Assembly (NCBI GenBank): GCA_024408655.1 | Contig: JAKSUV010000002.1 | Location: 8,938-72,937 of the forward strand | Direction: 5' to 3' | Length of the DNA: 64,000 bases | DNA from: Bacilli bacterium | Lineage (GTDB): Bacteria; Bacillota_I; Bacilli_A; RFN20; CAG-826 | In this document: piece by piece, positions 50,198 through 59,626 of the stretch | Position numbering within the stretch: the first letter of the stretch is position 1 | Layout of the letters: every line of letters starts with the position of its first letter | Notes under the pieces: generated by a model | Database searches by the model: none | What the model saw: the letters and a program-made list of their open reading frames with translations, nothing else | What the model was told of the DNA's origin: nothing | Position numbers and translations under genes: made by a program

Positions 50198-50812
50198 TTA
50201 TAGATACTCATTTTTTACGAAACGATATTCATCTTTTAGAGTGGTTTTATTACCGTGTCCCGGATAAACAATTGTCTCCATGGGTAAGGTGAATAACTTT
50301 GTTAATGACTCGCGAATCTTCCGTGGCTCACTCGTGGGTAAATCACTCCGCCCAATCGCGTTAAAGAATAAAGTGTCGCCCGTTAGAACGGTTTTTAATT
50401 CTGGTAAATAATAGCAAACGCTCCCGGCGGTATGAAAAGGCGTATGGATAACTTTAATGTGCATGCCATAGAGATCTAATTCGTCTTGATCTTTTAATAA
50501 TTTGGTCTTTACATCATCGACCGTGAATTGGTTTAATGACATAAACGAACAGTTATAGCGGCTATTATGAAGAGCCGCTTCTTCCGCTTGATGAAGATAG
50601 ACTGGCACCTTTTTCATCGTTTTTAGGCCCAAAGTATGATCATAGTGAGCGTGGGTGAGTAAGACTCCACGGAGGGTTAATCCGCGCTTAGTAATGGCTT
50701 TAATTAAACAATCATGTTCGTTATAACCCGGGTCCACCACTAAACAATCATGTTCGTTAATTAAAAGATAGGTATTACAGTTGTGATTAAAAAAGATTAA
50801 TTCAATTTTCAT
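50198..50812 (-). CDS. MBL-fold metallo-hydrolase (glyoxalase II-like)
   Basis: THAHYDH, HTPFHT, TGDTLF, YPGHG. Confidence 0.9.
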   Translation of the reverse strand: MKIELIFFNHNCNTYLLINEHDCLVVDPGYNEHDCLIKAITKRGLTLRGVLLTHAHYDHTLGLKTMKKVPVYLHQAEEAALHNSRYNCSFMSLNQFTVDDVKTKLLKDQDELDLYGMHIKVIHTPFHTAGSVCYYLPELKTVLTGDTLFFNAIGRSDLPTSEPRKIRESLTKLFTLPMETIVYPGHGNKTTLKDEYRFVKNEYL

Positions 50813-50842
50813 ACCTTTATATATAAAGAGATAATCGAAAAA

Positions 50843-50995
50843 CTATTTTCTTTCCTTGTGAACGGTTTCTTTTTTGCACCGTGAACAATACTTTTTCTTT
50901 TCAATCCGTTCCGGATGTTTACGTTTATTTTTGGTTGTAATATAGTTCTCTTCACCACAGACGGTACATTTTAAAATGATGTTCTCACGCGCCAT
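50843..50995 (-). CDS. rpmG: 50S ribosomal protein L33 (Zn-binding form)
   Basis: [13 protein letters not shown]...KKYCSRC; GAGGAG SD places the start at 50995. Confidence 0.97.
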   Translation of the reverse strand: MARENIILKCTVCGEENYITTKNKRKHPERIEKKKYCSRCKKETVHKERK

Positions 50996-51103
50996 AAATT
51001 TCTCCTCAATTTGAGCACTAATTATCATATCACTAATCAGTAATATCGCAACTTTTTAATTTTCGTTGCCATATCATTTCATATATGAAATAATATATGG
51101 GTC

Positions 51104-51157
51104 ATGAAACAAGAAAAAAGATGAGCTAATTACTCAGGGGGTAGTGCCCCTTTTTTT
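51104..51157 (+). promoter_or_regulatory. Putative attenuator leader of the nucleoside ABC operon (uORF MKQEKR plus terminator)
   Basis: uORF 51104-51124; GGGG/CCCC hairpin plus T7 at 51136-51157 lies between promoter-like elements and the first gene. Confidence 0.5.
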
Positions 51158-51189
51158 ATTGTTAATGATGGCTATCAAAGGAGAGAAAA

Positions 51190-52830
51190 ATGAAGAAACA
51201 TTGGAAGTTAGCGTTATTACCTGCTCTCTTTTTAGTTTGTGCCACCCACGTTGGTTGCGCCCGCAGTACCGCCGAAGTTGCCCTGGTGACTGGCCTTGGT
51301 GATATTGATGATGGTTCATTTAACCAATCTTCTTGGGAAGCGGTCAAAGAATTCTGCGAAGATCCTGAACATCCATTATCATATGAATATTATCGTCCCT
51401 TCGCCACAAGCGATTTTGCCCGGCGTTTAGCGATTCGCCAAGCGGTGGCAAAAGGTGCTAAAGTAATTGTCTTTCCAGGTTTTGATCTTGCTAACGTGGC
51501 TGCTCAAGCACAAATTGATTACCCCAATGTTAAATTTTTGTTACTTGATTCAACCGTCTCTAACTATAACGCTCCTAATCTTTGTTGTGTTACCTATTCA
51601 AGCGCATATTCTGGTTATTTAGCCGGTTACGCAACTGGATATGATTACGCTGAATACAAAAAAGAGCACGGCGGTTTGGGTGACGATGATAAATACACTT
51701 ACGGCTATTGTGGCGCAATCCCAATCGACACCGTTTTCCCATTCGGTTATGGTTTTATTCAAGGGTTAGTCCGCGGTATTGACCAAGTATATAATCCCGA
51801 CCCTACAAACACTCGTCCTGATCCAAAACTAGATGTTAAATTTCTTTATTCGCACGTCTTCGCGCACGATGATAAAACTAGTGCCGCGATGATGGGTTGG
51901 TATGCCGAAGGACTTAAAGCGGTTTTCTCTTGCGGTGGTAAACTTTATCAATCCGTCACTGATGGCGTGAAAGACTATAACCACAAACATGGTTATTATG
52001 ATTTTATCGAAGGCGAAGCGCCAATTGAAGCCGCTCGTTGGATTGGCGTTGATACTGATCAATATAGCGCGTTAAAAGATGACCACGAAAGAAAAACCAT
52101 CATCACTAGTGCCTTAAAAGATTTACACCAAACCGTTAAAGACGCTTTAACCTATTATGTAGTTGATAAAAAAGATAATGGCGCTTGGAATGACATTATT
52201 GGTAATGGCCCTGGCAGTAGAGATCAAAAAACATTTGAATCTGAAAAGGAAGCTAGAGACTATATTAATAACAAGGATACAGCTCATTGGTTTGCTGGAT
52301 ATAAATATGATATAACGCAAAATGACGAGAATAAGTGGATAATCAATCTTAAAACTAGTGATCCAAAGATAACTTATACATTTAGCGAAACTAATCCCAC
52401 ATGGAAACTTGAACTAAAAGATTTGTTTGGTGTTAAAGAACAAATGGGAGAACATGGGCTTAATCCCGAAGAAAGAATCCATGACTATGTTGGTATTCCA
52501 ACTGCATTAAAAAGCGGAAGTGACAGCGTTTTGCGTGGTTTTAATTATTTCACCAGAGGATTACTAGAAGATGCTGTTAACAAAATTCATAGGAAAGAAT
52601 GGAAAGTCTATTGCGGTGATGGCACTGACATATATATTAATCAAGAAGGAACTAAAGACCCTCACGCCTCTGAACCCGGTTACTATGGTTACGCCCGTTT
52701 CATGAGCGAACGTAGTAATAAATTCTATGTTGATACCAGTACTGGCGATAGCGATGCTTATACACCATTCAATGAAGAGTATTTCCCTGAAGATTATAAT
52801 CCAGAGAATATTATCGTAACACCATGCTAA
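51190..52830 (+). CDS. BMP family ABC substrate-binding lipoprotein (nucleoside type), enlarged
   Basis: VGC lipobox, IDDGSFNQSSWE, GYLAG, IGVDTDQ, TSALK. Confidence 0.88.
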   Translation: MKKHWKLALLPALFLVCATHVGCARSTAEVALVTGLGDIDDGSFNQSSWEAVKEFCEDPEHPLSYEYYRPFATSDFARRLAIRQAVAKGAKVIVFPGFDLANVAAQAQIDYPNVKFLLLDSTVSNYNAPNLCCVTYSSAYSGYLAGYATGYDYAEYKKEHGGLGDDDKYTYGYCGAIPIDTVFPFGYGFIQGLVRGIDQVYNPDPTNTRPDPKLDVKFLYSHVFAHDDKTSAAMMGWYAEGLKAVFSCGGKLYQSVTDGVKDYNHKHGYYDFIEGEAPIEAARWIGVDTDQYSALKDDHERKTIITSALKDLHQTVKDALTYYVVDKKDNGAWNDIIGNGPGSRDQKTFESEKEARDYINNKDTAHWFAGYKYDITQNDENKWIINLKTSDPKITYTFSETNPTWKLELKDLFGVKEQMGEHGLNPEERIHDYVGIPTALKSGSDSVLRGFNYFTRGLLEDAVNKIHRKEWKVYCGDGTDIYINQEGTKDPHASEPGYYGYARFMSERSNKFYVDTSTGDSDAYTPFNEEYFPEDYNPENIIVTPC

Positions 52831-52839
52831 GAGAGAATT

Positions 52840-54789
52840 ATGAAGAAAACAGTTGTAACTAGAACACATAGCGAAGCGCCCTTAGCGGTTGAGATGATTA
52901 ATATCACCAAGAAATTTGGTCCACTTTACGCGAACAAGAATGTTAATTTAAAAATTAAAAAGGGTGAGATTCACGCTTTACTTGGTGAAAATGGCGCAGG
53001 TAAATCCACCATTATGTCTATCCTTTTTGGTATGTATAGCGCCGATGAAGGAAAAATTAAAATCAACGGAAAAGAAGTTGAAATTAAAGATCCTAACGAT
53101 GCGAATGATTTAAAAATCGGCATGGTCCACCAGCACTTTAAACTCGTCGATATTTTCCCGGTTCTTGATAACATCATCATGGGTCGCGAAATTGCTAAGT
53201 GTCACTTCTTAGAAGACGCTAAAAAGCGGCGTGAAAAAAATGTCACGCGCCTTTATGTTATTAGTGGTCTTCTCCGTGCCTATGAACATTTTGATGAACT
53301 CATGGATATCGTCAAGAAAGCGAAAACGCCGACATCAGTCCTAGTTGATTTATACAATAAATTTCATCTCACCAGTTCCCAAACTGATGCCCTCCTTGCT
53401 ACTCCATTAAGTGAATTAACTGTTCTTCGCCGCGAAGCGTTAAAACGCGAAGCAAAAAAATTAAGAGACGCAGTCATTCGCGAGGGCTCCGAAAAAGAGT
53501 CATTTGTTTCACGCATGTGGTGGAACTTCGTTTTCTCACTCGCTCGTTTTGCGGATTGGTTTAATAAAAAGACTCATAACGTCGACCGGGCAAAAGCGGC
53601 ATTTGAAATTACCGCGATTGCGAAAAAGTATGGTCTAGAAATCGATCTTGATACCCCGATTGAAGAATGCACGGTTGGTATGCAACAACGGACCGAAATT
53701 CTTAAGATGCTCTACCGTGATTCCGATATTCTCATCTTTGATGAACCGACTGCGGTCTTAACTCCACAAGAAATTGATAGTCTTCTTCAAATTATGCGTA
53801 ATCTTAAAGCGGAAGGAAAAACTATTATCTTTATTACTCATAAACTTAACGAAATTATGGCCGTCGCTGACCGCGTGACGATTTTGCGCCGTGGTGAAGT
53901 AATTGGTACGGTTAACACTAAAAATACCACTGCCGCACAATTATCCGATATGATGGTTGGCCGTCACGTTAACTTAACAGTTAAGAAAACTAACAAAGTT
54001 GCTGGTAAACCTGTGCTAAAAGTTCGTAACCTAACGATGTTTGATAAACACAAACAAAAGAATGTTGTGCAATCGGCAAACTTTGATGTTCGCGCTGGAG
54101 AAATTGTTACTATCGCCGGAATTGATGGCAATGGTCAACGTGAATTAATATACGGAATTACCGGTCTAAAGAATCCAGTTAAGGGTAGCATTAACTTCTT
54201 AACTAATACTTTAAAACCCGGAAACATTAAACAACGTAATCATCTTGGTATGTCCCATATTCCTGAGGACCGCCATAAGCACGGCCTCGTCCTTGATTAT
54301 CGGCTTGATCAAAACCTTGTTCTACGTGATTTCCAAGATAAGCGTTTCGCTAAATATGGTTTCATCTTAAACGAAAATATTCGTAAACACGCCAACGAAT
54401 TAATTAGTGGACATGACATTCGGAGTAGTGAGGGCGCAAAGAGTAGTGCGCGTAGTATGTCTGGTGGTAACCAACAAAAAGCCATCATCGCTCGCGAAAT
54501 AAATCGGAAACCGAAATTCTTAGTGGCGGTTCAACCAACCCGTGGCGTGGATGTTGGCGCGATTGAACAAATCCATAAACGGATTGTAGCGGAACGTGAT
54601 CGGGGTGTTGGTGTTTTACTCGTCTCCTACGAATTAGACGAAGTCTTTAGTCTATCTGACCGGATTTTAGTGATGTATGAAGGCGAAATTGTTGGTGAGT
54701 TTGATCCAAAGAAAACCACTCGTCAAGAACTTGGTCTATATATGTCGGGCGCGAAAAAGAATTATCAATTTCACGAGGAGGCTAATTAA
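52840..54789 (+). CDS. Nucleoside ABC transporter ATPase (tandem NBD, NupA/YufO-like) with topoisomerase-like insertion
   Basis: GENGAGKST, MVHQHF, DEPTAVL, ITHKL, SGGNQQK, QPTRGVD; ~125 extra aa after NIIMGRE. Confidence 0.92.
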   Translation: MKKTVVTRTHSEAPLAVEMINITKKFGPLYANKNVNLKIKKGEIHALLGENGAGKSTIMSILFGMYSADEGKIKINGKEVEIKDPNDANDLKIGMVHQHFKLVDIFPVLDNIIMGREIAKCHFLEDAKKRREKNVTRLYVISGLLRAYEHFDELMDIVKKAKTPTSVLVDLYNKFHLTSSQTDALLATPLSELTVLRREALKREAKKLRDAVIREGSEKESFVSRMWWNFVFSLARFADWFNKKTHNVDRAKAAFEITAIAKKYGLEIDLDTPIEECTVGMQQRTEILKMLYRDSDILIFDEPTAVLTPQEIDSLLQIMRNLKAEGKTIIFITHKLNEIMAVADRVTILRRGEVIGTVNTKNTTAAQLSDMMVGRHVNLTVKKTNKVAGKPVLKVRNLTMFDKHKQKNVVQSANFDVRAGEIVTIAGIDGNGQRELIYGITGLKNPVKGSINFLTNTLKPGNIKQRNHLGMSHIPEDRHKHGLVLDYRLDQNLVLRDFQDKRFAKYGFILNENIRKHANELISGHDIRSSEGAKSSARSMSGGNQQKAIIAREINRKPKFLVAVQPTRGVDVGAIEQIHKRIVAERDRGVGVLLVSYELDEVFSLSDRILVMYEGEIVGEFDPKKTTRQELGLYMSGAKKNYQFHEEAN

Positions 54790-54791
54790 TT

Positions 54792-55973
54792 ATGAATAAG
54801 ATTAAAGCTTTCTTTACTCGCGATAACTTCAAACATATTTTCTCTAGTAATGGCGCCAATCATTTATATTCATCTTTAATTTGTGTCGCGTTTGGCTTAT
54901 TGCTTGGCTTCATCATTATGCTTTGTTTATCGCCTGATATCGCCGGCACCGATTTCTTAATGCTTATTACTGGCGGCCTTGTTTATTACGGAAGCGAAGG
55001 CTTTGGTAATATCTTAGCGACTCTTGCCCCACTCCTTTGTTGTGGCGTGGCAATTATCTTTGCATATAAAACTGGCATCTTTAATATCGGCGCAGCCGGT
55101 CAATATACTTTAGGCGCTTTTGGCGCTTTACTCTTCGCTATTCTCTTTAAATGTCACTGGACTGTTTGTTTACTAATGGCGATTATCTTTGGCGCCCTTT
55201 GGGGTGTTATCCCGGCTTTACTAAAAACTTTCTGCCACGTAAACGAAGTCATCTCGGGCATTATGCTTAACTGGATTGGTTTATTCTTTGTTAACTATTC
55301 AATGCAAACTTACGCAAAAGGCATGGTGGATTCTGGTGATAGTTTCCAAACCTACCAGTTCTGGCTTAGTAGCTCTGGTGATGCCTATAACCCCTTAGGC
55401 AAATTACCTAATTTAGGCGCGACCAGTCTTGGTGATTGCTTCAGCATCGCTATCTTTATTGCAATTATCGTTGCAATTATTGCTTTTATTGTGATGGAAA
55501 AAACTACCTTTGGTTATCAATTAAAAGCATCTGGTTATAACAGAAGCGCCACTAAGTACGCAGGCATTAACGCCAAAAAGAACGCGATTCTTACGATGGC
55601 GATTTCCGGTGGCATTGCCGGCTTAGGTGCGGGCTTATATTATTTATCAGGTATTGAACGTTGGAGCGCGGTTTCTAGTAGCATCTTACCCCAAGTTCCT
55701 TGGAATGGTATCATTATTGCCTTTATTGCCCAAATGAATCCAATTGGCGCCATCTTCGCTAGTGGGTTCTTATCACTCTTATCAATTGGCGCGACCGCCA
55801 CAAGTCAATCCGTCTTCCCAAAAGAAATCGCTGATTTAATTACTTCGATTATCGTTTACGCCAGCGGCTTAACCGCTATTACTTTACGCATTGTTCCTTG
55901 GATTAAAAACAAGATCCAATTAAAGAAAACGGGTGGCGTAAAAGAACTACCACTAAATAAGGAGGGTAAATAA
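54792..55973 (+). CDS. Nucleoside ABC transporter permease (NupB/YufP-like)
   Basis: FNIGAAGQ, VNEVISGIMLNW, GYN..A.KYAGI. Confidence 0.9.
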   Translation: MNKIKAFFTRDNFKHIFSSNGANHLYSSLICVAFGLLLGFIIMLCLSPDIAGTDFLMLITGGLVYYGSEGFGNILATLAPLLCCGVAIIFAYKTGIFNIGAAGQYTLGAFGALLFAILFKCHWTVCLLMAIIFGALWGVIPALLKTFCHVNEVISGIMLNWIGLFFVNYSMQTYAKGMVDSGDSFQTYQFWLSSSGDAYNPLGKLPNLGATSLGDCFSIAIFIAIIVAIIAFIVMEKTTFGYQLKASGYNRSATKYAGINAKKNAILTMAISGGIAGLGAGLYYLSGIERWSAVSSSILPQVPWNGIIIAFIAQMNPIGAIFASGFLSLLSIGATATSQSVFPKEIADLITSIIVYASGLTAITLRIVPWIKNKIQLKKTGGVKELPLNKEGK

Positions 55974-55975
55974 CT

Positions 55976-56929
55976 ATGGGTGCACAAGTTGTTATTCTTC
56001 TCTCTTACGTTTTGATTTTCTTCATCGCTTTAACGATTGTCGCAATCGGCGGGATGTTCTCTGAACGAAGCGGCGTCATTAACCTTGGTCTAGAAGGCAC
56101 GATGGTCTTCGGTGGTTTCTTTGGTTTATTAACCCTTAATGGGTTATCCGCAACGGCGTGTCCGCCTTTCTTTATCGTTTTAATCACGATCCTTGTTGGG
56201 ATGGTAACGGGTGGAATATTCTCACTATTACTCGCGACCGTCGCGATTAAATTTAAAGCGGATCAAACATTAGTTGGGACCGCGATGAATTTATTAGCCA
56301 CTGCGTTTGTGGTTGTATTAGCTAAACGGATTTCCCCCGCTAGTAGTTCTTCAATTGCCTTTATTAAAGATTATTTCATTGTTAATCTTGGAACGCTTCC
56401 AGTTAATATCTTCTTACCATTAGGTATTATTATCATTGTTGTCTCCTGGTTCGTTTTATATCGCACCCGGTTTGGTTTACGCTTAAGAGCGTGCGGTGAG
56501 AATCCACAATCAGCCGCAAGCGCTGGTGTTAACGTGATTAAGTTCCGTTATATAGGTGTAATTCTTTCAGGTGTTTTAGCGGGCTTAGGCGCTCTTGCCT
56601 ATATTATTCCAACTAGTGGCTATTGGAACGCTAGCAATGGCGTTTCTGGCTTTGGCTTCCTCGCTTTAGCAGTTTTAATCTTTGGTGCCTGGCGGCCCTT
56701 ACGGATTACAAGTGCGGCGTTATTCTTTAGTTTCTTTATGGCGTTAAGTATTTGTTATTACGGTTTCTTCCACGCGATGGGCATTGATTTAAACCCTGAT
56801 GTTGGTGTCACTAGTGAATTATTTAGAATGATTCCATATGTGTTATCATTAGTGGTGTTAGCGTTCACGAGTAAAAAGTCGCGAGCGCCTAAAGCCGAAG
56901 GTAAACCCTACGAACGAGGAGAACGATAA
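55976..56929 (+). CDS. Nucleoside ABC transporter permease (NupC/YufQ-like)
   Basis: SERSGVINLGLEG, RACGENP, GFLALA, APKAEG. Confidence 0.92.
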   Translation: MGAQVVILLSYVLIFFIALTIVAIGGMFSERSGVINLGLEGTMVFGGFFGLLTLNGLSATACPPFFIVLITILVGMVTGGIFSLLLATVAIKFKADQTLVGTAMNLLATAFVVVLAKRISPASSSSIAFIKDYFIVNLGTLPVNIFLPLGIIIIVVSWFVLYRTRFGLRLRACGENPQSAASAGVNVIKFRYIGVILSGVLAGLGALAYIIPTSGYWNASNGVSGFGFLALAVLIFGAWRPLRITSAALFFSFFMALSICYYGFFHAMGIDLNPDVGVTSELFRMIPYVLSLVVLAFTSKKSRAPKAEGKPYERGER

Positions 56930-57642
56930 TGAGTATTCATATTAATGCGAAGAAAGGCGATTTTGCGAAAGTCGTCTTAATGCCTGGCGATCCCTTACGC
57001 GCCGCCTGGATTGCGAAAACCTTTTTAGCAAAAGTTAAACAAGTGAATGATGTCCGTGGCATATATGGCTTTACGGGTTATACCAAAAACCATAAACGGA
57101 TTAGCGTAATGGCAAGTGGCATGGGTCAACCAAGCATTGGTATTTATTCCCACGAACTTTATGCTGAATATGGCGTAGACGCCATCATTCGGATTGGCAC
57201 TTGTGGCGTTTTTAATAAAGCGATTAATAGCCGTGATATTATTTTGGCGCAAACCGCGAGCAGCGATTTTAACTGGTTCACTGATTTTCATTTATCGGGC
57301 ACTTATAGTGCTGGCGCCGACTTTGACTTATTAGAAGCCGCGGTGAGTGAAAGTCGAAAAGCAAAACTTAAATTCTTTGTTGGTAATGTTCTAAGCGAAG
57401 CAACTTTCTATCACCAAGATAAAGACTGGTGGAAAAATTGGGATAAGATTGGGACGCTGGCTTGCGAAATGGAATCTTATGCACTTTACGCGACCGCTGC
57501 GCTTCTTCATAAAAAAGCGCTAACCATTTTAACCGTAACTGATCACTTCCAAAAGAAAGAAGTATTATCGAGTAAAGAAAGACAAACGGGACTAACCACT
57601 ATGGCTAAGCTCGCTATTAAAGTAGCGGAACGCTTTGCCTAA
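56929..57642 (+). CDS. deoD: Purine nucleoside phosphorylase (DeoD type)
   Basis: MPGDPLRA, GMGQPS, RIGTCG, EMES. Confidence 0.96.
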   Translation: MSIHINAKKGDFAKVVLMPGDPLRAAWIAKTFLAKVKQVNDVRGIYGFTGYTKNHKRISVMASGMGQPSIGIYSHELYAEYGVDAIIRIGTCGVFNKAINSRDIILAQTASSDFNWFTDFHLSGTYSAGADFDLLEAAVSESRKAKLKFFVGNVLSEATFYHQDKDWWKNWDKIGTLACEMESYALYATAALLHKKALTILTVTDHFQKKEVLSSKERQTGLTTMAKLAIKVAERFA

Positions 57643-57661
57643 TTATTAAATAATAATTAAG

Positions 57662-57685
57662 AAAGAGGCTACGGCCTCTTTTTTT
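57662..57685 (+). terminator. Intrinsic terminator after deoD
   Basis: AAAGAGGC-TACG-GCCTCTTT plus T-tract. Confidence 0.9.
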
Positions 57686-57702
57686 ACTATATAATAGTTA
57701 AT

Positions 57703-58743
57703 ATGAAACGCACTCAAACGAAGAAGATTAAAATCGGCCATATCACTATTGGTGGTAGTAACCACGTTTTAATCCAATCAATGTGTAATATTAAAACTAG
57801 TAACACGAAAGCGGTTATTAAACAGATTAATGAGTGCGCTAAGTTAGGGGCTGACCTCATGCGCGTGAGCGTTTTAGATGTGGCGGATGCGCACGCGATA
57901 AAAGTAATTAAAAAACACGCGAAAATTCCTCTTGTCGCGGATATTCATTTTGACTATCGTTTAGCTTTAGAAAGTATTGCCTCCGGTGTCGATGCGATTC
58001 GTCTTAATCCCGGTAACATTGGCGATGATAAAAAAATTAAGTGCGTGGTTGAAGCTTGTCAAAAGCGTCATGTCCCCATTCGAATTGGCGTGAACGCTGG
58101 TTCACTTGATAAGAGTGTTGCGAAGGTAGCGACCGCCGAGAATTTAGTGAAGAGCGCCATGAAGCACGTGAAGATCTTAGAGCGCCTTCATTTTAAAGAT
58201 ATAATTATATCCTTAAAAGCGGATAATGTTTCGCACACAATTGAGGCGTATCGTCTCGCGAGTCAAAAATTTAAATATCCATTACATCTAGGTATCACTG
58301 AAGCTGGACCAAAAAGCATTGGTATCATTCGTAGTAGCGCGGCCCTCGCCCCACTACTTTACGAAGGAATTGGTGACACCATCCGGATTTCTTTAAGTGA
58401 TGATCCAAAGGAAGAAATTAGAGTGGCGAAACGTTTACTCCATGATTTAGGTTTATACCCAAACTATCCCACGCTTATTTCTTGTCCGACCTGTGGTCGT
58501 ACCCAGGTTGATTTAATTCCCCTCGCCCAAAAAGTTTTAACTTATCTAGAAGACCATAATATCAATAAAAAGATTGCGGTCATGGGTTGCGTAGTGAATG
58601 GACCTGGCGAAGCCAAAACCTGTGATTTAGGTTTAGCGGGTGGTCATGATGAGTGGGCGTTATTTAAAAACGGCAAAGTTATTCGTAAAGTAAAAAATAA
58701 AGATGCATACCAAACATTAATTAAAGAAATCAATCGATTATAA
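57703..58743 (+). CDS. ispG: HMBPP synthase IspG
   Basis: QSMC, VADIHF, NPGN, HLGITEAG, SCPTCGR, MGCVVNGPGE. Confidence 0.97.
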   Translation: MKRTQTKKIKIGHITIGGSNHVLIQSMCNIKTSNTKAVIKQINECAKLGADLMRVSVLDVADAHAIKVIKKHAKIPLVADIHFDYRLALESIASGVDAIRLNPGNIGDDKKIKCVVEACQKRHVPIRIGVNAGSLDKSVAKVATAENLVKSAMKHVKILERLHFKDIIISLKADNVSHTIEAYRLASQKFKYPLHLGITEAGPKSIGIIRSSAALAPLLYEGIGDTIRISLSDDPKEEIRVAKRLLHDLGLYPNYPTLISCPTCGRTQVDLIPLAQKVLTYLEDHNINKKIAVMGCVVNGPGEAKTCDLGLAGGHDEWALFKNGKVIRKVKNKDAYQTLIKEINRL

Positions 58744-58744
58744 A

Positions 58745-59626
58745 TCAAAATTTATACGCCCAGTTAGCGTCGAATTGTTTGCTTTTGAGCATTTTAATTT
58801 CCTCCGCGTACGGAGGTTTTTCGTTAATCCAAGGGGTTTCTAAAATCTTTGGGATCTCTACTAATCGAGGATGATGAACAAAGTTCACGAGTGGATTAAA
58901 ACCAATGAGACCAACCCCGATATTCGCGTGTCGGTCCTTATGGGCTCCCCGGGAATTAATCGAATCGTTAATGTGAATGACTAATAACTTATCTAAACCA
59001 ATGACTCTATCAAACTCATCAAGTAATTTATCTAAATTAGTGAGATCATAGCCAGCGTCACTAATGTGACAAGTATCGAGACATACTCCAACGCGGTCGG
59101 ACTTTTTAACGCCATTAATAATCTTGGCTAATTCTTCAAATTTCGCACCGATTTCGCTCCCCTTCCCCGCCATCGTCTCTAAAGCGATCTTAACATCAGA
59201 TTGATCATCTTTTAAAACTTCATTTAGTCCATCGATGATACCTTGGATGCCCGCGTCAATGCCTGCGCCAACGTGGCTACCAGGATGAAGGACTAAGGTC
59301 TTTATATGAAAGGCGTTCACTCGTTTTAATTCTTCTTTTAAAAAGTTAATGGCGAGTTCGCGCGTTTTAGAGTTAGTGACATTACCAAGGTTAACAATAT
59401 AAGGCGCGTGAATCACAATCTTACTTTCATCAAGCCCACTATTTTTTAATAGTGCGCGACCTTCATCAATTTTTAATAAGTTAGTTGGTTTCCGAATCGT
59501 GTTTTGGGGTGCACCCGTATAAAACATAAAACAGTTTTCACCCATATCTAACGCTGCTTTAACGGTCCCTAGATAATAATCGGGAGCGCCCATATTAACG
59601 TGACTACCTAAATATAATTTATCCAT
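58745..59626 (-). CDS. nfo: Endonuclease IV
   Basis: HAPY, HPG, ETMAG, DTCH, HIND, DRH, ETP. Confidence 0.97.
   Translation of the reverse strand: MDKLYLGSHVNMGAPDYYLGTVKAALDMGENCFMFYTGAPQNTIRKPTNLLKIDEGRALLKNSGLDESKIVIHAPYIVNLGNVTNSKTRELAINFLKEELKRVNAFHIKTLVLHPGSHVGAGIDAGIQGIIDGLNEVLKDDQSDVKIALETMAGKGSEIGAKFEELAKIINGVKKSDRVGVCLDTCHISDAGYDLTNLDKLLDEFDRVIGLDKLLVIHINDSINSRGAHKDRHANIGVGLIGFNPLVNFVHHPRLVEIPKILETPWINEKPPYAEEIKMLKSKQFDANWAYKF

Noticed and set aside
51060-51189. Purine riboswitch upstream of the nucleoside transporter
   Set aside because: The conserved core (TATAAT..ATATGG..TTTCTACC..CCGTAAA) and three-way junction are not present; too short
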